A model generated the notes under the pieces. The model was not told the origin of the DNA, ran no database searches, and worked only from the letters and a program-made list of their open reading frames with translations. Below, in pieces: positions 44,579 to 59,337 of a stretch of DNA of 64,000 nucleotides; positions within the stretch are counted from its first letter, which is position 1, and every line of letters begins with the position of its first letter. Source of the DNA: Kudoa neothunni (taxonomy: Eukaryota > Animalia > Cnidaria). The stretch spans positions 7,587,166 through 7,651,165 of the forward strand of contig OZ199839.1 in the NCBI GenBank assembly GCA_964304625.1, written 5' to 3'. Position numbers and translations under genes: made by a program.

Positions 44579-46816
44579 CAGTCGGTGGCCAGTTTTACCC
44601 ATTTTTTTTGCAAGCGCGTTACAGAAATTTATTCAATTGTTTATTAAATAACATAATTAAAATGTGAAAATTTTAGTAAAACCCGTTTAATCTTTTTGTT
44701 AAATGAATTCGTTAACCGGGTTTGAGTAATCCCTTCAGGATCGTGGAAAATATGTGTGAAATTGGTAACGTCCTGCTTTACGCACTTATTAGCGCTCACA
44801 AATATAATATTCTTAGCTATTTAATATAATTGAGTTGTGTATATTTAAGCAACAAATAATTTTTTTCACAAAAAATCCATCCAAATATTTAAAATATAGC
44901 TTCCACCATTACGACCATGATCGATCGATCTTCTTTGTCAAATATGTACGATTTTTTAACTCATGTTAATAAATTCGCAAATGACCAAAATAATTGGTTT
45001 TTGTTCAATCATTTAAACAATTTTATTTCTGCTTTTTAATGTGCCATAGGGGTTGGATATGAAGGATATATCTGGAGCTCAGGAGTCGGGAATAATTTAT
45101 TGTTGTTGGTAAAAATCAATTATTGATCTTGAAATCAATTAATTTTAATTATACTCTGTCACAATCAATGATTGAAATTATTATAATTTTTCTAGGGTTA
45201 TATTTTCATACTAATTGTTAATATTTTCAATCAAAAACAAATCTAACTCAATATTTTAGAGATATTTTAATCAATAAACTATTTAATACATGAAACTTTT
45301 ACATTAAAAATAGTCAAACCTAAACGACTAAAAATAATTGAAACTAGATTATTACATATCAAATCTATCAACATATAATATTAAAAATTGAAATAAAAAT
45401 TTTTATTAACTATAGTTTGTTATAATCATTATTTTCTTAATAAAACTGGAAATATTTTTTCCAGTTTTATAAACAAATAAATATTTTATGAATACTAAAA
45501 TTAAATTAATAAAATAACGCAAAGTGATAGATTGTATAAGAAACCTTATTAATACCAATTATTTTAACGAAAACGCTTATAATAAACGATTAATCATTTT
45601 AATTATAACAATAAGAATAAATATATTCGTAAATTATTTTTACTATGTTTAATCTTAAATAATCTAGGTTATAACTGATTTCGTCTTACACTATTGTCTT
45701 TTATCGAAAAATAAAATATAAAATCTAGATACAAACCATGGAAAAATAATAAATGCTACCATAATACAGTCGTAATATAATAATAAAGATAAGTGTAAAC
45801 AAAAATACATCAAATGTCTGAATTTAAAGAGATTATTTAAATTATTGTTTCAAAAATCTAGAATTGATTAAGAATATTTTGTCGATAGTGACCTTATAAA
45901 TGTGATAAAAGGATGTTTAAGGTTTTTAAAGTTGCATAAATTGATGAACGAATCACAAAAAATCCATATTTAATTAGTTACTTAGAAAGAATAAAAACTT
46001 ATGTTAGAAATTTTTTGTTAAACATTAATTGGAATCGAAGTTTTTCAATATTATATTATATTAAAAAATTACTTTATATATTAGAAGGTTTTCAAGAATA
46101 GTCGTTATTATTACTCAAAATTTGGTCATGTAAATCTGGTATTAGATACTAGGATGCATCTCTGATCCAAATAAAGTATAAAAAACAAAATATATTTATT
46201 CTGTGATTAAGATAAAAATCGTCTATTTATAAAATATCGTTTAGAGAGGTAAGACAAATGGATGTAGATCACATTTAAACAAGCATGAAAATCGACAAAT
46301 TATAAATCACTAAAGGCATGATGCTGCAACATTTATAATACAGATGAATGGAATCAAGGATAAAAACAATTGTAATAAAGGGAAATTTTCATTATAGTGT
46401 ATTAATTAAAGTTATCATAATTTCAATTAATCATTTAACTTCAATCAATTAATTAATTGAACGTAAGTAATTTCTTCCAATCCCCGCTGGTGCTTTAGAT
46501 TAACAAATTTGGCAGCTTTGGGGAAGATATTATGGGTTTATTTTATTATTTCATGTTTTGGTTTGATTTTTTTTCATTTCATTTAATTATTTCGAACATT
46601 AAAAAAAATTCATCTATTTTTTTCAAAAGCATGCCAAAAAAAGTGCGTAAAACCGAGCAGTAACGTGATTAACAATCTGGAAATTCCTAGACCTTATTAT
46701 ATTATTTAGATCCAAATTCTTTGATAAAAACATTAAACAAATTATATAACGATTATACATTTGATTATTCAAATTTAGTTTATTTTTAAAAAATGCGTAA
46801 AACCGGTCACTGGCTA
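44579..46816. mobile_element. Degenerate Tc1/mariner-like element
   Basis: Imperfect TIRs CAGTCGGTGGCCAGTTTTACCCA / TGCGTAAAACCGGTCACTGGCTA with TA flanks. Confidence 0.45.
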
Positions 46817-47130
46817 TATATATTACATCAAAACCTTAACTTTTGAAAATTATTTCACTTACTAATTTATAATATGCACATAATATTTGTCGTACGATTC
46901 TTGATTTAAGTGGATAGCTATGGTGTCTGCGTCTTTGAGCTGTAAAATGAGACGTCTTACACATTATTAAAATTAGCGTAATACAATTTTATAAAAACTT
47001 ATCCAAAGAAACAAACGCAAAAATGAAAACAACAAAATATTTTAAAATAAAATCAGGATTCCTCGAGTTCATACAAAATAAAAAAATAGTCAAATTTTAT
47101 AATAAATGTGATTGATCAGATTATTTAATA

Positions 47131-47799
47131 CAGTGTTTCCCAATGTGGATCCACATCCAACCGGTGGGGCGTGAAAAAATTTTGGTGGTCATAGAAATGC
47201 TTGAACGTTTAATGAACCGCTCTGGTGGGACGCGGATAATCTTGAGATAATTGGACGGTATGTCTTACTTTGAAGTCAATATCGATATTCTCGCTCTCAT
47301 TTATTTTTAAGTGACTCCTAATATCATAAAAAATTCCTAAAGAGATTAATAATTATAAAAAATAATATTTAATTTGTTTTAATTTGAATAGAATCAGAAT
47401 TGTTCGAATCTCAATCCTGTCTCATTTAGAATCATATATCCCTTTTTTGCTTAAACCTAATGTAATGTTGATTAATTTTGTATTTATATTATTTATTTTC
47501 GGTTATTTAGCCCCGTATACACCAATTTGTCTCCTAATAAAGGTTGAATTACCACAAGTTTCACTTGATGCTGTTTTTGACGGAATGTAGAACTAAAGAT
47601 GTTAATTTCTAAGTTCCAATGATAAATTAAGTTAGATCTGATCGAATACATTTTAATGAGAAAAAAAGTATATATTAATTACTTTTAAAATTTAATGTGA
47701 CAAGGAGTTATATTTAAAATTATTTACAGTTTTAGTAGAACAAATCAATATTTTTCAAGAAATAATGAGGCGAGATAGAAAAAAGGTTAGGAAACTCTG
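47131..47799. mobile_element. Shorter inverted relative of the hAT-like element at 42341-44468
   Basis: Starts CAGTGTTTCCCAA; 47131-47470 is reverse-complement homologous to ~44090-44468; ends GGTTAGGAAACTCTG. Confidence 0.7.
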
Positions 47800-48210
47800 A
47801 CTTAAAATGACCACCTTGAAAACGTGAGATTAAAGTTTGAAACGCCTAATAATAGTAACATTGAATCATTAATATGCTAAAAGTCCAAAGATTATTAAGA
47901 ATTTGTAAAATTTTGATTAACGATATTAAATCATTACATATAATTAAGAATAATATTTTAAAATAAAAATCCCAAAAATTCTTTGCGGAATTACCAAATT
48001 AGACTTTTATTTTGTTAATACATCAAAACCTATCGAACAACTTTGAAAAGGAAGAAATTTTGGTTATTGTGGAGCGTGTGGATCCCCATTTTTTACTTTT
48101 TTACGACTTTTTCCGTCGAAAGCGGCTCTAAAAAATCTTATATGCTCTTCTCATCTGGAGCGTATCAAAATTTTTTCCAAAATTATGAAAATTAATTTTA
48201 CTTCTAATCG

Positions 48211-50413
48211 CGTATATGATGGTGAAGTTTACAACATAATCCTCATGTTAAACACTGGTTTCTATACTTCACTATGAAGGAATATGAATGTGATTACAAT
48301 TCGTGCACTCAAACTTTTATTTTATTTTTGCATGGTATTATAATGAAAACAAATGAACAATAGGTCATTATAAACGGTTGTAGTTCAGGCAGACATGTAG
48401 AATATTTAAATTTCCTCCGTCCTCATAACATTTTTTCATGTTTATTTTATCCTAATTAAAGCTTTATAAGTATTTTTAGTATTATAAATTTTTATTGTTA
48501 AAACGCTAAACTGTTAGAGGAAATTGTTGAGCGTTATTTGGTAAATTGTCTCTTAAACTGTGATTATTAATTAAAAATTTTTAATTAACTAAAATTACAG
48601 TTAATAATTGAGATTAATCTTCAGAAATGAAATTTATTTAGACAGATTATTATTAATGGAAAATTAACTGTTATATATATACAAGTTTATATTAATTTTT
48701 ATTGTTTGATCAGTTTTCAACATTGATTTTTTATTCTCTGTTAAATAAATGTAATATATTTTATGTTTTTATGAATAGATTTCTTTTTTCATCTAATTCT
48801 TGATTTTTAATGGAACAAACAAAGATAAACATTGAGTTAAGTGGTTAATTAAATTAACTAAAACCTACAACAATGTTCTAACGTTTCTTTAACTCAAATT
48901 TAAAGATAACTTCGAAATTAAATAAATATTTTATTTTAAGTTTAAAAACAAATATTTTGGTGAATATAGTATTAATCTAATTATTATATTCTAATGATGT
49001 CGAATATTAATACTTTTTTGTAACAAACAAAATTCTCTTAATTTATTGTTATTTGAAGCTTTTTTATAAAATCATATTTTAGAATTCATTCTTAAAATAG
49101 AAATAAATATATTTCCACATGAATACAAAGTATGATTAATTTTTCCACCACGTCAGGATGGTGGTTTCTCTCCTCTTTATTCGCGGTGATGCAATGGCAG
49201 AAACTATTTTTATTAGAAAATTATATTGAGAACGTGATAGAAAACAAGGAATCGGGATGTTGTCTAACAAGTGATCTTTTAAAGTTGAGTAATATCACAA
49301 ATACTTATTTTATTCTTTTTTGTTTAATATTTGTTTTATATAATTTTAATGAATTAATTAACGGTGATATCGCCTTAAAAATAATACCTTTAAATGATAA
49401 ATGGTATACGGTGCTACATTTTTACTGAACGAGGGGTAATTATGAAGTTATTCATAACCATTCTTGAGGGTATAAATCCATCCGTGCGCCGCGATTTACG
49501 GCCATTGGGACAATAAACACATTTCCTACAAAAAGAAAATTAACTGCTTGTTTTATAGCTGGCACAAAAACCATCATCTGATAAGTATATCGTGTGCATT
49601 CGCAGTCGGAATAATGAAAATGACAATCTTAGGAGAAGATGAATATTGTGTTCTTGTGATCATTCATGGGAAACTTTTTAGAAGTTATAAAAATTATTTG
49701 TCATGTTTAATTATTGAAAATTTTTGATCCGAATAATAAATATCAAGAAATTGGGCATTCCTTGAATAATTATATTTTAATAGTCAAATATTATATCAAA
49801 TTTTGAAAAAATAATAAATATAAGATAATATATATAAAATATTATTCTAAATTGAAATATATTATATTTAAATAAAGAAAAATAATTCAGTGTTAACAAC
49901 TGATCAAACAATAAAAAAATTGTACAAACATCGTGTAATTATTTTTATTTTTCATGAATTATTATCCATTGAAGAAAATTTATTTATGAAGATGGTTTTA
50001 ATTTTTAAACATTCTTAAAAACCATTAAATTAGTTGTTTATACATTTTCCGGTTAATACACATTTCTTCGAGTCAAGGTTAGACGACAATTTACCAAATA
50101 ATTCTCAATAATTACCTTAAACGATAGCTCTTTTCGAATGGGAGGATTTATAGTGCTAAAAATAGTTCTTTTGCTTTAAATAAGAAAAAATTTAAATTAG
50201 AAAGTGTTATGAGATTGGAGAAACTTTTAATATTCTATATTTCTGAACAACAGTCATTAATGACTTATTGTTATTTTTTTAAATAATATCATGTGAAACT
50301 AAAATAAATAGTTCGATGCATTACTCGTATTCACATGAATATTCCTTCATAATGATATATAGAAACCAGTTTTTAACATAAGGATTATGTTGTTAACTTT
50401 ACCATCATATATG
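48211..50413. mobile_element. Element with long (~530 bp) diverged inverted repeats
   Basis: ~48211-48740 is reverse-complement similar to ~49885-50413 (e.g. TATGATGGTGAAGTT..ACAACATAATCCT versus AGGATTATGTTG..AACTTTACCATCATA). Confidence 0.6.
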
Positions 50414-51982
50414 TAAGAGGTGGTCAGATCAGGAGCCAACTTTAAGGTTGTCCAAATTTTCGAGAGCCACAAGGCATTAAAATCATTTATGTATCTCTTC
50501 CTTATTTAAAACTTACATTATTGGAGTATTTTTGTTGAATATTAAGATAAAATGTTGTAGAAATATAAATAAAGGTTTATTAATTTTTTTCTTAATCAGT
50601 TAATCGCTGGAAAACTTACATATAATTTTTACAGGTATAATTCATTATAGTTTTTCCAAAAAAGTAAATTAATAGTTAATGATCCAAGACACTTTTTTTC
50701 CAATGAAAAGGGTCGCAAAAGTAATCAAGTATTTTTCATGTTTAACCGTGTATTCATGTCTGACAAAAAATAAACTTAAATATTTACGAATAAAGTAATA
50801 ACACAAGAATTTAGTGCTTTCGACAATAATTTTTTAGAAATTTGTTCTAATCTAACAAGTTTTCCATGTTTCCAAATCATCAATAAGCTGACTGTAATCA
50901 GGTTCGTATGCTGTTAACGCTGTGTGAATTAGTTCTGTCAGGTGTTAGTTTGTGAGGGAGCGATCCGCGATGCTTCGATTTTACAAACTCCATTGCTGAA
51001 CAGATAAACTCACATCAATAAGTTGTTCTAAGGATAGAAGCAAGTTTGAAGCAAATTTCTTTTAACTTTGAATACTTTATCTATGGAACGTAATTCCAAA
51101 ATTCGTTTGGTGAGTTGGAATTATGAACTAATTCAAGGTTTTAAAGTATGTTGTATTCTTTCGATATCTATCACTTAAGTAATGGATAAACATTAGTTAT
51201 TAATGTATTTCCTAATGAAACTAGTTATGATTCTAGTTTTCACCAAATATTAAAACTATATGGTAGTTTGTGACTATACTTTCTAATCAAGAATATTATC
51301 CAATTTGCGATTAAAAAGTTCATTTCATTACTTGACTATATAGGTTAAACGCTGTACTACTCTGAATTAACGTGCTGGTTGAATTAGAAAAAAATTCAAC
51401 TCACAAAATTCTTTCAAGAGCCACGGTTTGACCAGCCCAGAAATAATAGCATCCAATTAAAAATCAACCATAACAAGTCAATGCGAACGATTAATCAACA
51501 TATAGATGATAATTAAAAGTGATAAATTAAAATACCATCAATTTGTCTCTCAGTTAGGTAATTGGGTAAGAAATGGTGAATCCTACCAATTCGAATACTG
51601 CTTGATCGAAAGTGGCCGAAGTTTGCTGTTAGTTTCGAATTCTGCATCTTAGCTAAATCCTAACAAGTCGAATGTACTCTAATTATATTTTTCAAATTTT
51701 TAAATCATATTTAAAACGAAAGTTGATCAAATCATGCAAAGGAATGAAGCAAATAGCTTGTCGATCATTCACGAAGAATCAACCGAATATATTTAACAGA
51801 AAATTAAAAACTATAACTTATTTGTTATGACATATTCATTGAATCATCTATTTTAATATATTTTTTTATTAACTGTACCAATATTAGAATCAAAAACATT
51901 AATAGGTTGACGACACGAATGTTTTCGTCGTAAGTGTTCACCAACTTTCGTTGGCTAGTACGCGTGTGTTTCATCATCGACA

Positions 51983-52607
51983 ATGCCTAAGACCGTTTGC
52001 TCAAAAGTGTACAAAAGTCCTAGACGTCCATACGAGAAGTCTCGTATGGATCAAGAAATGAAACTGATCGGTCAATATGGCTTGAAAAACAAACGCGAAG
52101 TATGGCGAGCCAAATACACTCTTGCCAAGATTAGACAAGCTGCCAGATACCTGTTGACACTGCCACAAACTGACGAGAGAAGATCTTTTGAAGGAAACTC
52201 GTTGTTGAGACGTCTTGTGAGAATGGGACTGATGAGTGACGCGGATATGAAACTTGATATGGTGTTGTATCTGAAATTGAACGATTTGTTCGAAAGGCGT
52301 CTTCAAACTCAAGTTTTCCGTTTGGGCATTGCCAAATCTGTTCACCATGCTCGTGTTCTCATTAGACACAGACACATCAGGTATGTTAATCGTGTTTTTA
52401 TAACTGATATTTTTGACTATGCGTTTGTTTTTCAATAGTGTAAGAAAGCAATTGGTCAATGTGCCTTCATATGTTGTTCGTGAAGAGTCTCGTTCGCACA
52501 TAGGTTTCACATTGAACTCATCGTTGGCTGGTGGAAGACCTGGTCGTGTGGCTCGTAGAAAACAGAAACAAGCTGAAGATGGAGACGAAGAAGGATCGCA
52601 AGAATAA
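51983..52607 (+). CDS. RPS9: 40S ribosomal protein S9 (uS4); exons 51983-52380 and 52439-52607, 188 aa
   Basis: [42 protein letters not shown]; a 58-nt GT..AG intron restores HISVRKQ. Confidence 0.97.
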
Positions 52608-55600
52608 CTCTATGTGTTTCCTTTAGAATTATTGTTATAGTTTTGAGGTTGTTTTCTGTCTTCTCTGTTTTGTTCGTTCAAAAATAGTGTATGATTGTGA
52701 TAATTTATCTGTTGTTGTTGTATTGAATTAACCGTTTCGCGTCCAGTATGCGTTCAAATGCGCATAAAAAACAATCTTTGAATTACATTAACTACCGTTT
52801 CGTATTGCACATTGGATGCATCGTAAGTAATGTCTAATTATCTACTCTATTTAATAATATGAACATATTCCCTTGAAAATTCATGGAGATACTGAACTTT
52901 TTATTAATATATTGAGCATGATCCGGAAAAAATATAAACTAACTTAAGAATATCCGGATGTTTCAAAGATTTAATGAGTTCTATTTTAACAGAACAGTAA
53001 TAAGGATATGCTATATATAATAAACTATCCTCCTTTTATTGGACGAATTGATTAATGAATTGGCAGCCGATTATCGTCGTAGATACAGATAAATAAAAGT
53101 ACCTAGCAAAGTTACTCTACTCTGTTTTATTCAATACTTTCGAAAAATCGAAATTAATTGGCTGCTTTATTGAGAATATTGATTGGTAAGATTTAAAATC
53201 AGCTCAAACCTCTGCAGACTAAATGGTGTTAAATATCTGGATAAATTTGTTAAAATTATGTCAGAGTAAAAACCAATTAGAACATCTTAAAATATTCTCA
53301 CTTCAAATTTTGGATATTTTAAACGTTAAAATTGTTATTTAGTTGTTTGCCAATGAAATATTCATCCATTAGAGCAGGGGTTTTCAACCGGGGATAAATT
53401 TAAAACGGCAATGGGCAAATTAAGTAACATAAAAATAGGGCAGGGGAAATTTTTGCATAATGGGGTTGGTGACGTACTTAAATATTTTTAATGAATTATA
53501 AAGTTCAGGGCTCTTAAACTCAATAAGAAGTAGGCAGAAATGCTTGAAATATTTTTAGGAATATGTATTTAACAACTATTATCAGTCTCCTTCTTGTATG
53601 CCTCGTTTGTCTTTTAGTGATGTGGCCTAATAATATTTATAATAGCCATTTTCGTGATAAATAATATTCAGATGTCAGTAGTTTGGGCAATTTTTAATTA
53701 TTTTTGACACTAAGATAGAATGAAAAGGCCTGAAATTGTTTAATTTAGCAAAACATAAAAAATCAAATCTGTAGATAGCTTGTGAATAAGAGTTGATAGG
53801 ATAGGATTCAAAATTGTCATTGCACAAGCGTATATTTCTTTTAGGACAGGGGTCACCAAAGTTTTTGTCCGACGAAGGTTCATCCCACCTCGTTATTATA
53901 TATATGTAGTTCCAATCATAAGCAATACGTTAAGATGTTTATCTGACAACTGATTCTTGTGGCAAGATTTATTAATTTTCAATTTTCAGGCCTCTAATTG
54001 GATTACGAACGACCCGTTGTCTATTGTATAATTAAAGAAAAATCGCGAAGTTAATTACCTTTATGGGTGTAATTAAGAGTTACAATTTTTTCAACCCTAA
54101 AATTAATAGTTTATCAAATTAATTATCATATTCAAGGTACGTAGATGCTAATATGGTGTTTATTTGTCAAGTTTTAAAGTTGTTATTATTTCTATATTAA
54201 TCGCCGTTTGCGGTTAAGTACATAATTTAGTAAAATACTGTATATGATGTCAGTAAATATGTAGTGAATGGTGATTATTGCTTCATCATTGTAAATTTCT
54301 AATATCAAATCAATTAAACTCCACCTGATTAACAATTAGCGTTAATCAATTTATTTAATTTATAAATTCAAATAATTAAGAATTTTAAACTATCAAAAGC
54401 ACAGGAATCAAATAAACTTTGCAACGTGTATTTTATCGATTCGTACGTTTTACATTCACAATTTTGCTATATTAGTGCGTCTATTTTCTCCCATGTTTCA
54501 ATTAAAATAAAACAAAAATATTAAAGGAATTAAAGGAGAATTTTTAATAAACATTCATCTCTTAAAGTAATGTATTATTGATGGTCTTCAAGCGATATAT
54601 TATAATTCCCCTTGGGAATGCGCATTCGAGTTTCAGAGGAGGGGGAGCACCGTGGGCCGTATTTTGGTGACCTCCGCCATAGATAACTATGAGTGGGGTT
54701 GGATCAATTGTGCAACGTACGACGAAAAAAATTTCCTAACATTTATAATTCACTTTTATGAACAGAATTTTGTCTTTTGATATTTATAAATTACTTTATA
54801 TATATAATGATTAATTATCTTTAAATCATAGCAATCATTGATCGAATAATCAGCGCAAAACATGAATAAGACAATATTGATGGGAGAATTTGTCGGTTGT
54901 ATTAAACGTTAAACTCCTCATTTAAATATACATCTCTATTGTTGAAAATAAATAAAAGTTTATCGGTGTATAAAAATGAATCAATAGAATCCACTAATTT
55001 CAAATTTAACTACATATCAAACATGATTAGAACAAAGTTATTAGAAACAAGAATTAAGTACACGTAGGATTTTATAGAAGTATTCTCAAATCGTATATCA
55101 TGAGTTATAAAACAGCTCGTAAGATATATTAATTTGTGTAACTCCTCGATTTATCTATCTATTCTCATTTAATGTAAAATATATAATATTTCGTTGGATT
55201 ACTATTAAAGTTTGAAAGGAAAACAATTTAGATATGTTCAAAAAGTCATTTTATTAATAATTAATATATCTGCAAGATACTTGAAAACCATTAAATAATA
55301 TGTTATGTCCTTAATGAGGTTGGTTGTGTGGATTTGTAGCACATCCATTGCATTTGTTGACACCTGGAGGATTAGGCGGGTAATCCGTTGGTTATTATAC
55401 GCCCACTTTTTGGTTACTGAAAGGGGTAATAAAAATCGAAAAGGATTAACACATTTTAAAATAGAATAGTAACAATAATCGTAAATCATCGTTCTATTAC
55501 TCTGCATAGAAGCTTGGTATTCAATCTGAATTAGAAATGTAAAATTTCGAGTTATTTTATTTAAAACTAATAAACTATTTTTTAGTCGAATATAATTTCA

Positions 55601-55792
55601 TTGGAAAGTTGAAAATCAAGTAGCAATAAGAAAAGTTATAGGTAGATCAAAACTATAGGGGGGCATGCGCGACTATTAGTTTGGTATTGAGGGAGATTTA
55701 TTGTGTATTGTTTTTTAATTCTATCCCATTCCAATAACACATATCTATATAAATATATCCTCATAATTTCAATCTACACTTTACGATCAAAA

Positions 55793-57206
55793 ATGAACAC
55801 ACCAATGTTTATATCACTGATATTTGTGATCAGTGCTGTACATTTGGATTCGGTTGTTGATGAAAAATCTGAAAATGTAATTACGCTTTTGGTGGGGATT
55901 GATAAAATTAGTTTTTATTTAGGTGATTGTTCAACTGGTGGATCCGAATATTCCTGACTCAACTAAACCATCCCTACAGTCGAAATACGTTTTAATGTCT
56001 TCCGTTGCACAAATAAATGGTTTTTATAACTATATTTTTGTCACCGATCTATATGGACCCCAGATGGTCCTGTTACAGAGTAAAGATCAATGCAAACTTT
56101 CGGTTGATGTTGATGCGTTAAAGGATAATAAGGTGAAAGGTAGCGTGAAATTCCTGAAAAAGGGATCAAGTGATCCCTGTTCCATTTCCAGGGACGACTA
56201 TGTATTAATGAAAATTGGTGGTTTGTTAGAGTTAAATGAGAACAATAAAGACACTGTAAAAAGTTATGATTTTGATCAAGGTTATTCTCGACTTAAAATC
56301 TCCAATCACTCAACCATTTACAACACCAATGTTTTTAATTTTACGTTTTCTAACCAAGATTCCAATATTACAATTGATGTAGGTGTTTTAGTGTTCTATA
56401 TATAGATATTACTCTGTGATTTCTTGTAGGTTGGCTATTATGGAAAGCGTTCCACCATGGCCAAACTACCTAATAATCCAGTAGGTCCATTGGTGGCTTT
56501 GATTGAGATGCAGGTCAAAAATTTGAGTGTTAAAGTCACCTCCAGCCTTGCTCTTCATATGTCGTTTGTTAGCTCTCAGAAAAATAACAAATTTGGTAGC
56601 TTTTTAAATAGATTTTTCAGTGATCTACAATCGCCTGGCATATTCAGAACTTATAATATTTCGTTGTATCCCTCGAATAATACTCAAAATGAGAAAATCA
56701 CCAGCTGGCTTAAGAATTTCGCTCTATTTTGGAAAGCTGTTGCATACACCGACAAACCTCCTCGAAGATCTTCACAAATTATGGCAGATGTAAATTCGAA
56801 ATACAAATGTGATAAAACTAAACCAAATTTCAACTTGGCCGAATCCACCCTAATCGATATGATCGAACTCTCTCCAATACAAACATACGACTGTTTTCGT
56901 GTTGATTTTGTAGCGCTCAATAAAGATTCTTTGTTCAGCTCCACTAAATATATGGATTGGAGTTGTACTTTTGGTTTCACAAACTATTATGAAAATATTA
57001 TGCCTGTTGGCATTGTGTCTGTGGTTGCGGTGGCTTATGCTGCTCCATTGTTTGTCGGTGTCGTGCTGTTCCTACTCAGTAAAACCACCCATCGAATACA
57101 GTCTCCATCCACCTACGCTGTGATAAGTATTGAAAATGATGAAGAAAATGATGATGATGAAATCGACAATGAATCTCTCTACATCGAGGAAAACTCGGCC
57201 TGCTAA
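55793..57206 (+). CDS. GLMP: Type I membrane glycoprotein, GLMP/NCU-G1-like; exons 55793-55876 (or 55891), 55923-56378, 56430-57206
   Basis: Signal peptide; motifs SPGIF, FWKAVAY and KYMDWS..G; TM segment ending A..AP; cytoplasmic YAVI (YxxPhi); phase-0 introns join the three ORFs. Family recognised from memory of motifs, not from a search. Confidence 0.7.
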
Positions 57207-57706
57207 CCAACCGATCATCTAATATTTTTCATCTTTTTTTAGTTTTGATTATATTATTCGTTTTAATTATTATACGAGTTTCTAATTGTGTCATTTTTTC
57301 TATCCTCTTTCTATGAGTTTGAAAGCGATAGGGTTGTTGTTTTTCTTTTCCATTGTTTATACCTTTATACCTGGAGAGTCGCCAAATAAATTTAATCTAA
57401 ACAGGTATGATTTTTCATGTACTCAAAATTTCTCGCCATTTAAAAAGAATTGTCGAATATTCTAAGAATACGTTTTATTAAATTAATAACTGACCTTGAT
57501 GTTGGACTTAAATAATAATGATAATATTTTATTATTGATATAGCGATGTTGTTTAATTTTTGAAACTAATTTGACAAGTTTCTACCTATTTCATCTCTAT
57601 ATTAATCCATCATGTGAATAATAATAATAATAAAGGTGGAGAATTCACAGTCATATTTTAATATTTATCCGATTAAACAATTTCTCTAAGCATAGTATTT
57701 TATTTA

Positions 57707-59337
57707 CTGTATATACTCGTGTATAAGTCGTAGGGTCAAATTTTGACTAGCTTATAGCAGCGATCATGGTTGACCCGAATATGAGTAGCAGTCATAAACC
57801 AACAATTTATTAATGCTTAAACATTTAGCGATTTACAAAGTACATTTTAAATAAAATCGGATTATTTTAAGACAAAAAAGAAAATATTCATTATACAAAA
57901 AAAAATGATTATTTAAAAAAAATTAACAAACTATTAATATTCATTGTCGCCACCACCATCATCATCTTTAGCTGACCAAAACTCATCCTCATCAAAAAGG
58001 CGTGAAATATGCTACGACGATGTCAAGGTATCGTCTTCAGTTCCGTCCATCGTATGAGAAATGCCACATTTTTTAACTATTTCCTAATTATACTCGTGCT
58101 TATGGAGAGCCAAGAATCTCTTACCCATTTAGATACCAATTCTAATACAGGTCTCCTAAAATTTCCTGATGCTGTCTTTTCCGCCAATTCGTCTGACATC
58201 CATTTGATCCATTGATCACGTACTTTACATTTGAATGGAAAATTTAAAGAGACATCTAAAGGTTGTAATATTGAGGTTAAACCCGAAGGAATAACATCAG
58301 TATCTGTGTTAAGTAGTTTTTGAGACGACGCTGTTTGATATCATCAACGAGATGAGCTCGGAACATACCCTAAACCAACAAACTTGGTTTTTTATCCAAA
58401 TTACCACTTGGGCGACGAGACCATCCTTTCTCGTGAACATGAATAACGACTCCAAGAGGGAATTTTTCTTTTGGAAACGTTTTCCGTTTAAAAATTATCA
58501 TTGGAGGCAAGTTAGTTCCATCCGCCACGGTTTTGGTTCCTATATTATCAACTGTCCGGTTGCCAGGAGAATAAAAAAACAAAAGTGTTTCTTTCGTTCA
58601 TGCCGACTAAGCTCATAATTTATCTTTTTCCCTATATCTATAACATATTTATGAAAGTTGATAATCTTGTCTTCTAAATCTGACGGAACTTTTTGATAAA
58701 TTTTTGTCCTTCGTCTAAGAGCTAAACCATGCTTGTTCATAAAACGCGTGCATCATCCAACCGATGCTTTAAAGTTTGTGTCCTTTATGATATCTTTGGA
58801 TTTTAATCGAATCACTCCGCGCGTCACTACGTATCCGCTTTGTCTTATTTCATTTATCCACCACCTGTTTAACTCTTCTTCTTCGCGGATAAATTTTGAC
58901 GTCTTTCCCCTATTGGCTTTTTTTGAAACTGGCATTTCTTCCAACCGCAGAACAGATTTTCTCCAATGGCATATCTTCTTTTTGCTAACTCCATTTTTAT
59001 TGGTCGCAAGTCGATTGTTGTCATATTTGATAGCATATTCCGCAACTTTTAATTTGAATTTGGCGTCATAACAATGTCTTTTTTTAATGGAACTCTTTAT
59101 CCTAACCTAAGTGAAATACATATTAAATATCAACAAAACAATTTCGTCATTTTAATTCACACAATATTTTTTTACATATAATGATAAAAAGCAGAACATA
59201 AACTTATTACGGATGATTTATATACTTTACTAACTACCAATCTAATTTTTACGTCGATGTCTCGTGTACAAGTCGCACGCGATTTTTGATTTAGAGTTTT
59301 TTGAAAAAAAATGCTACTTATACACGAGTATATAAGG
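57707..59337 (-). mobile_element. pogo-family DNA transposon with a decayed transposase
   Basis: TIRs CTGTATATACTCGTGTATAAG / CTTATACACGAGTATATAAGG with TA flanks; minus-strand YDAKFKLKV (Brinker-type DBD), CENP-B-like HTH, ADGTNLPPMIIFK and GLTSILQPLDV; frameshifted. Confidence 0.9.

Noticed and set aside
52001-52510. 169-aa minus-strand ORF
   Set aside because: Antisense shadow of RPS9.
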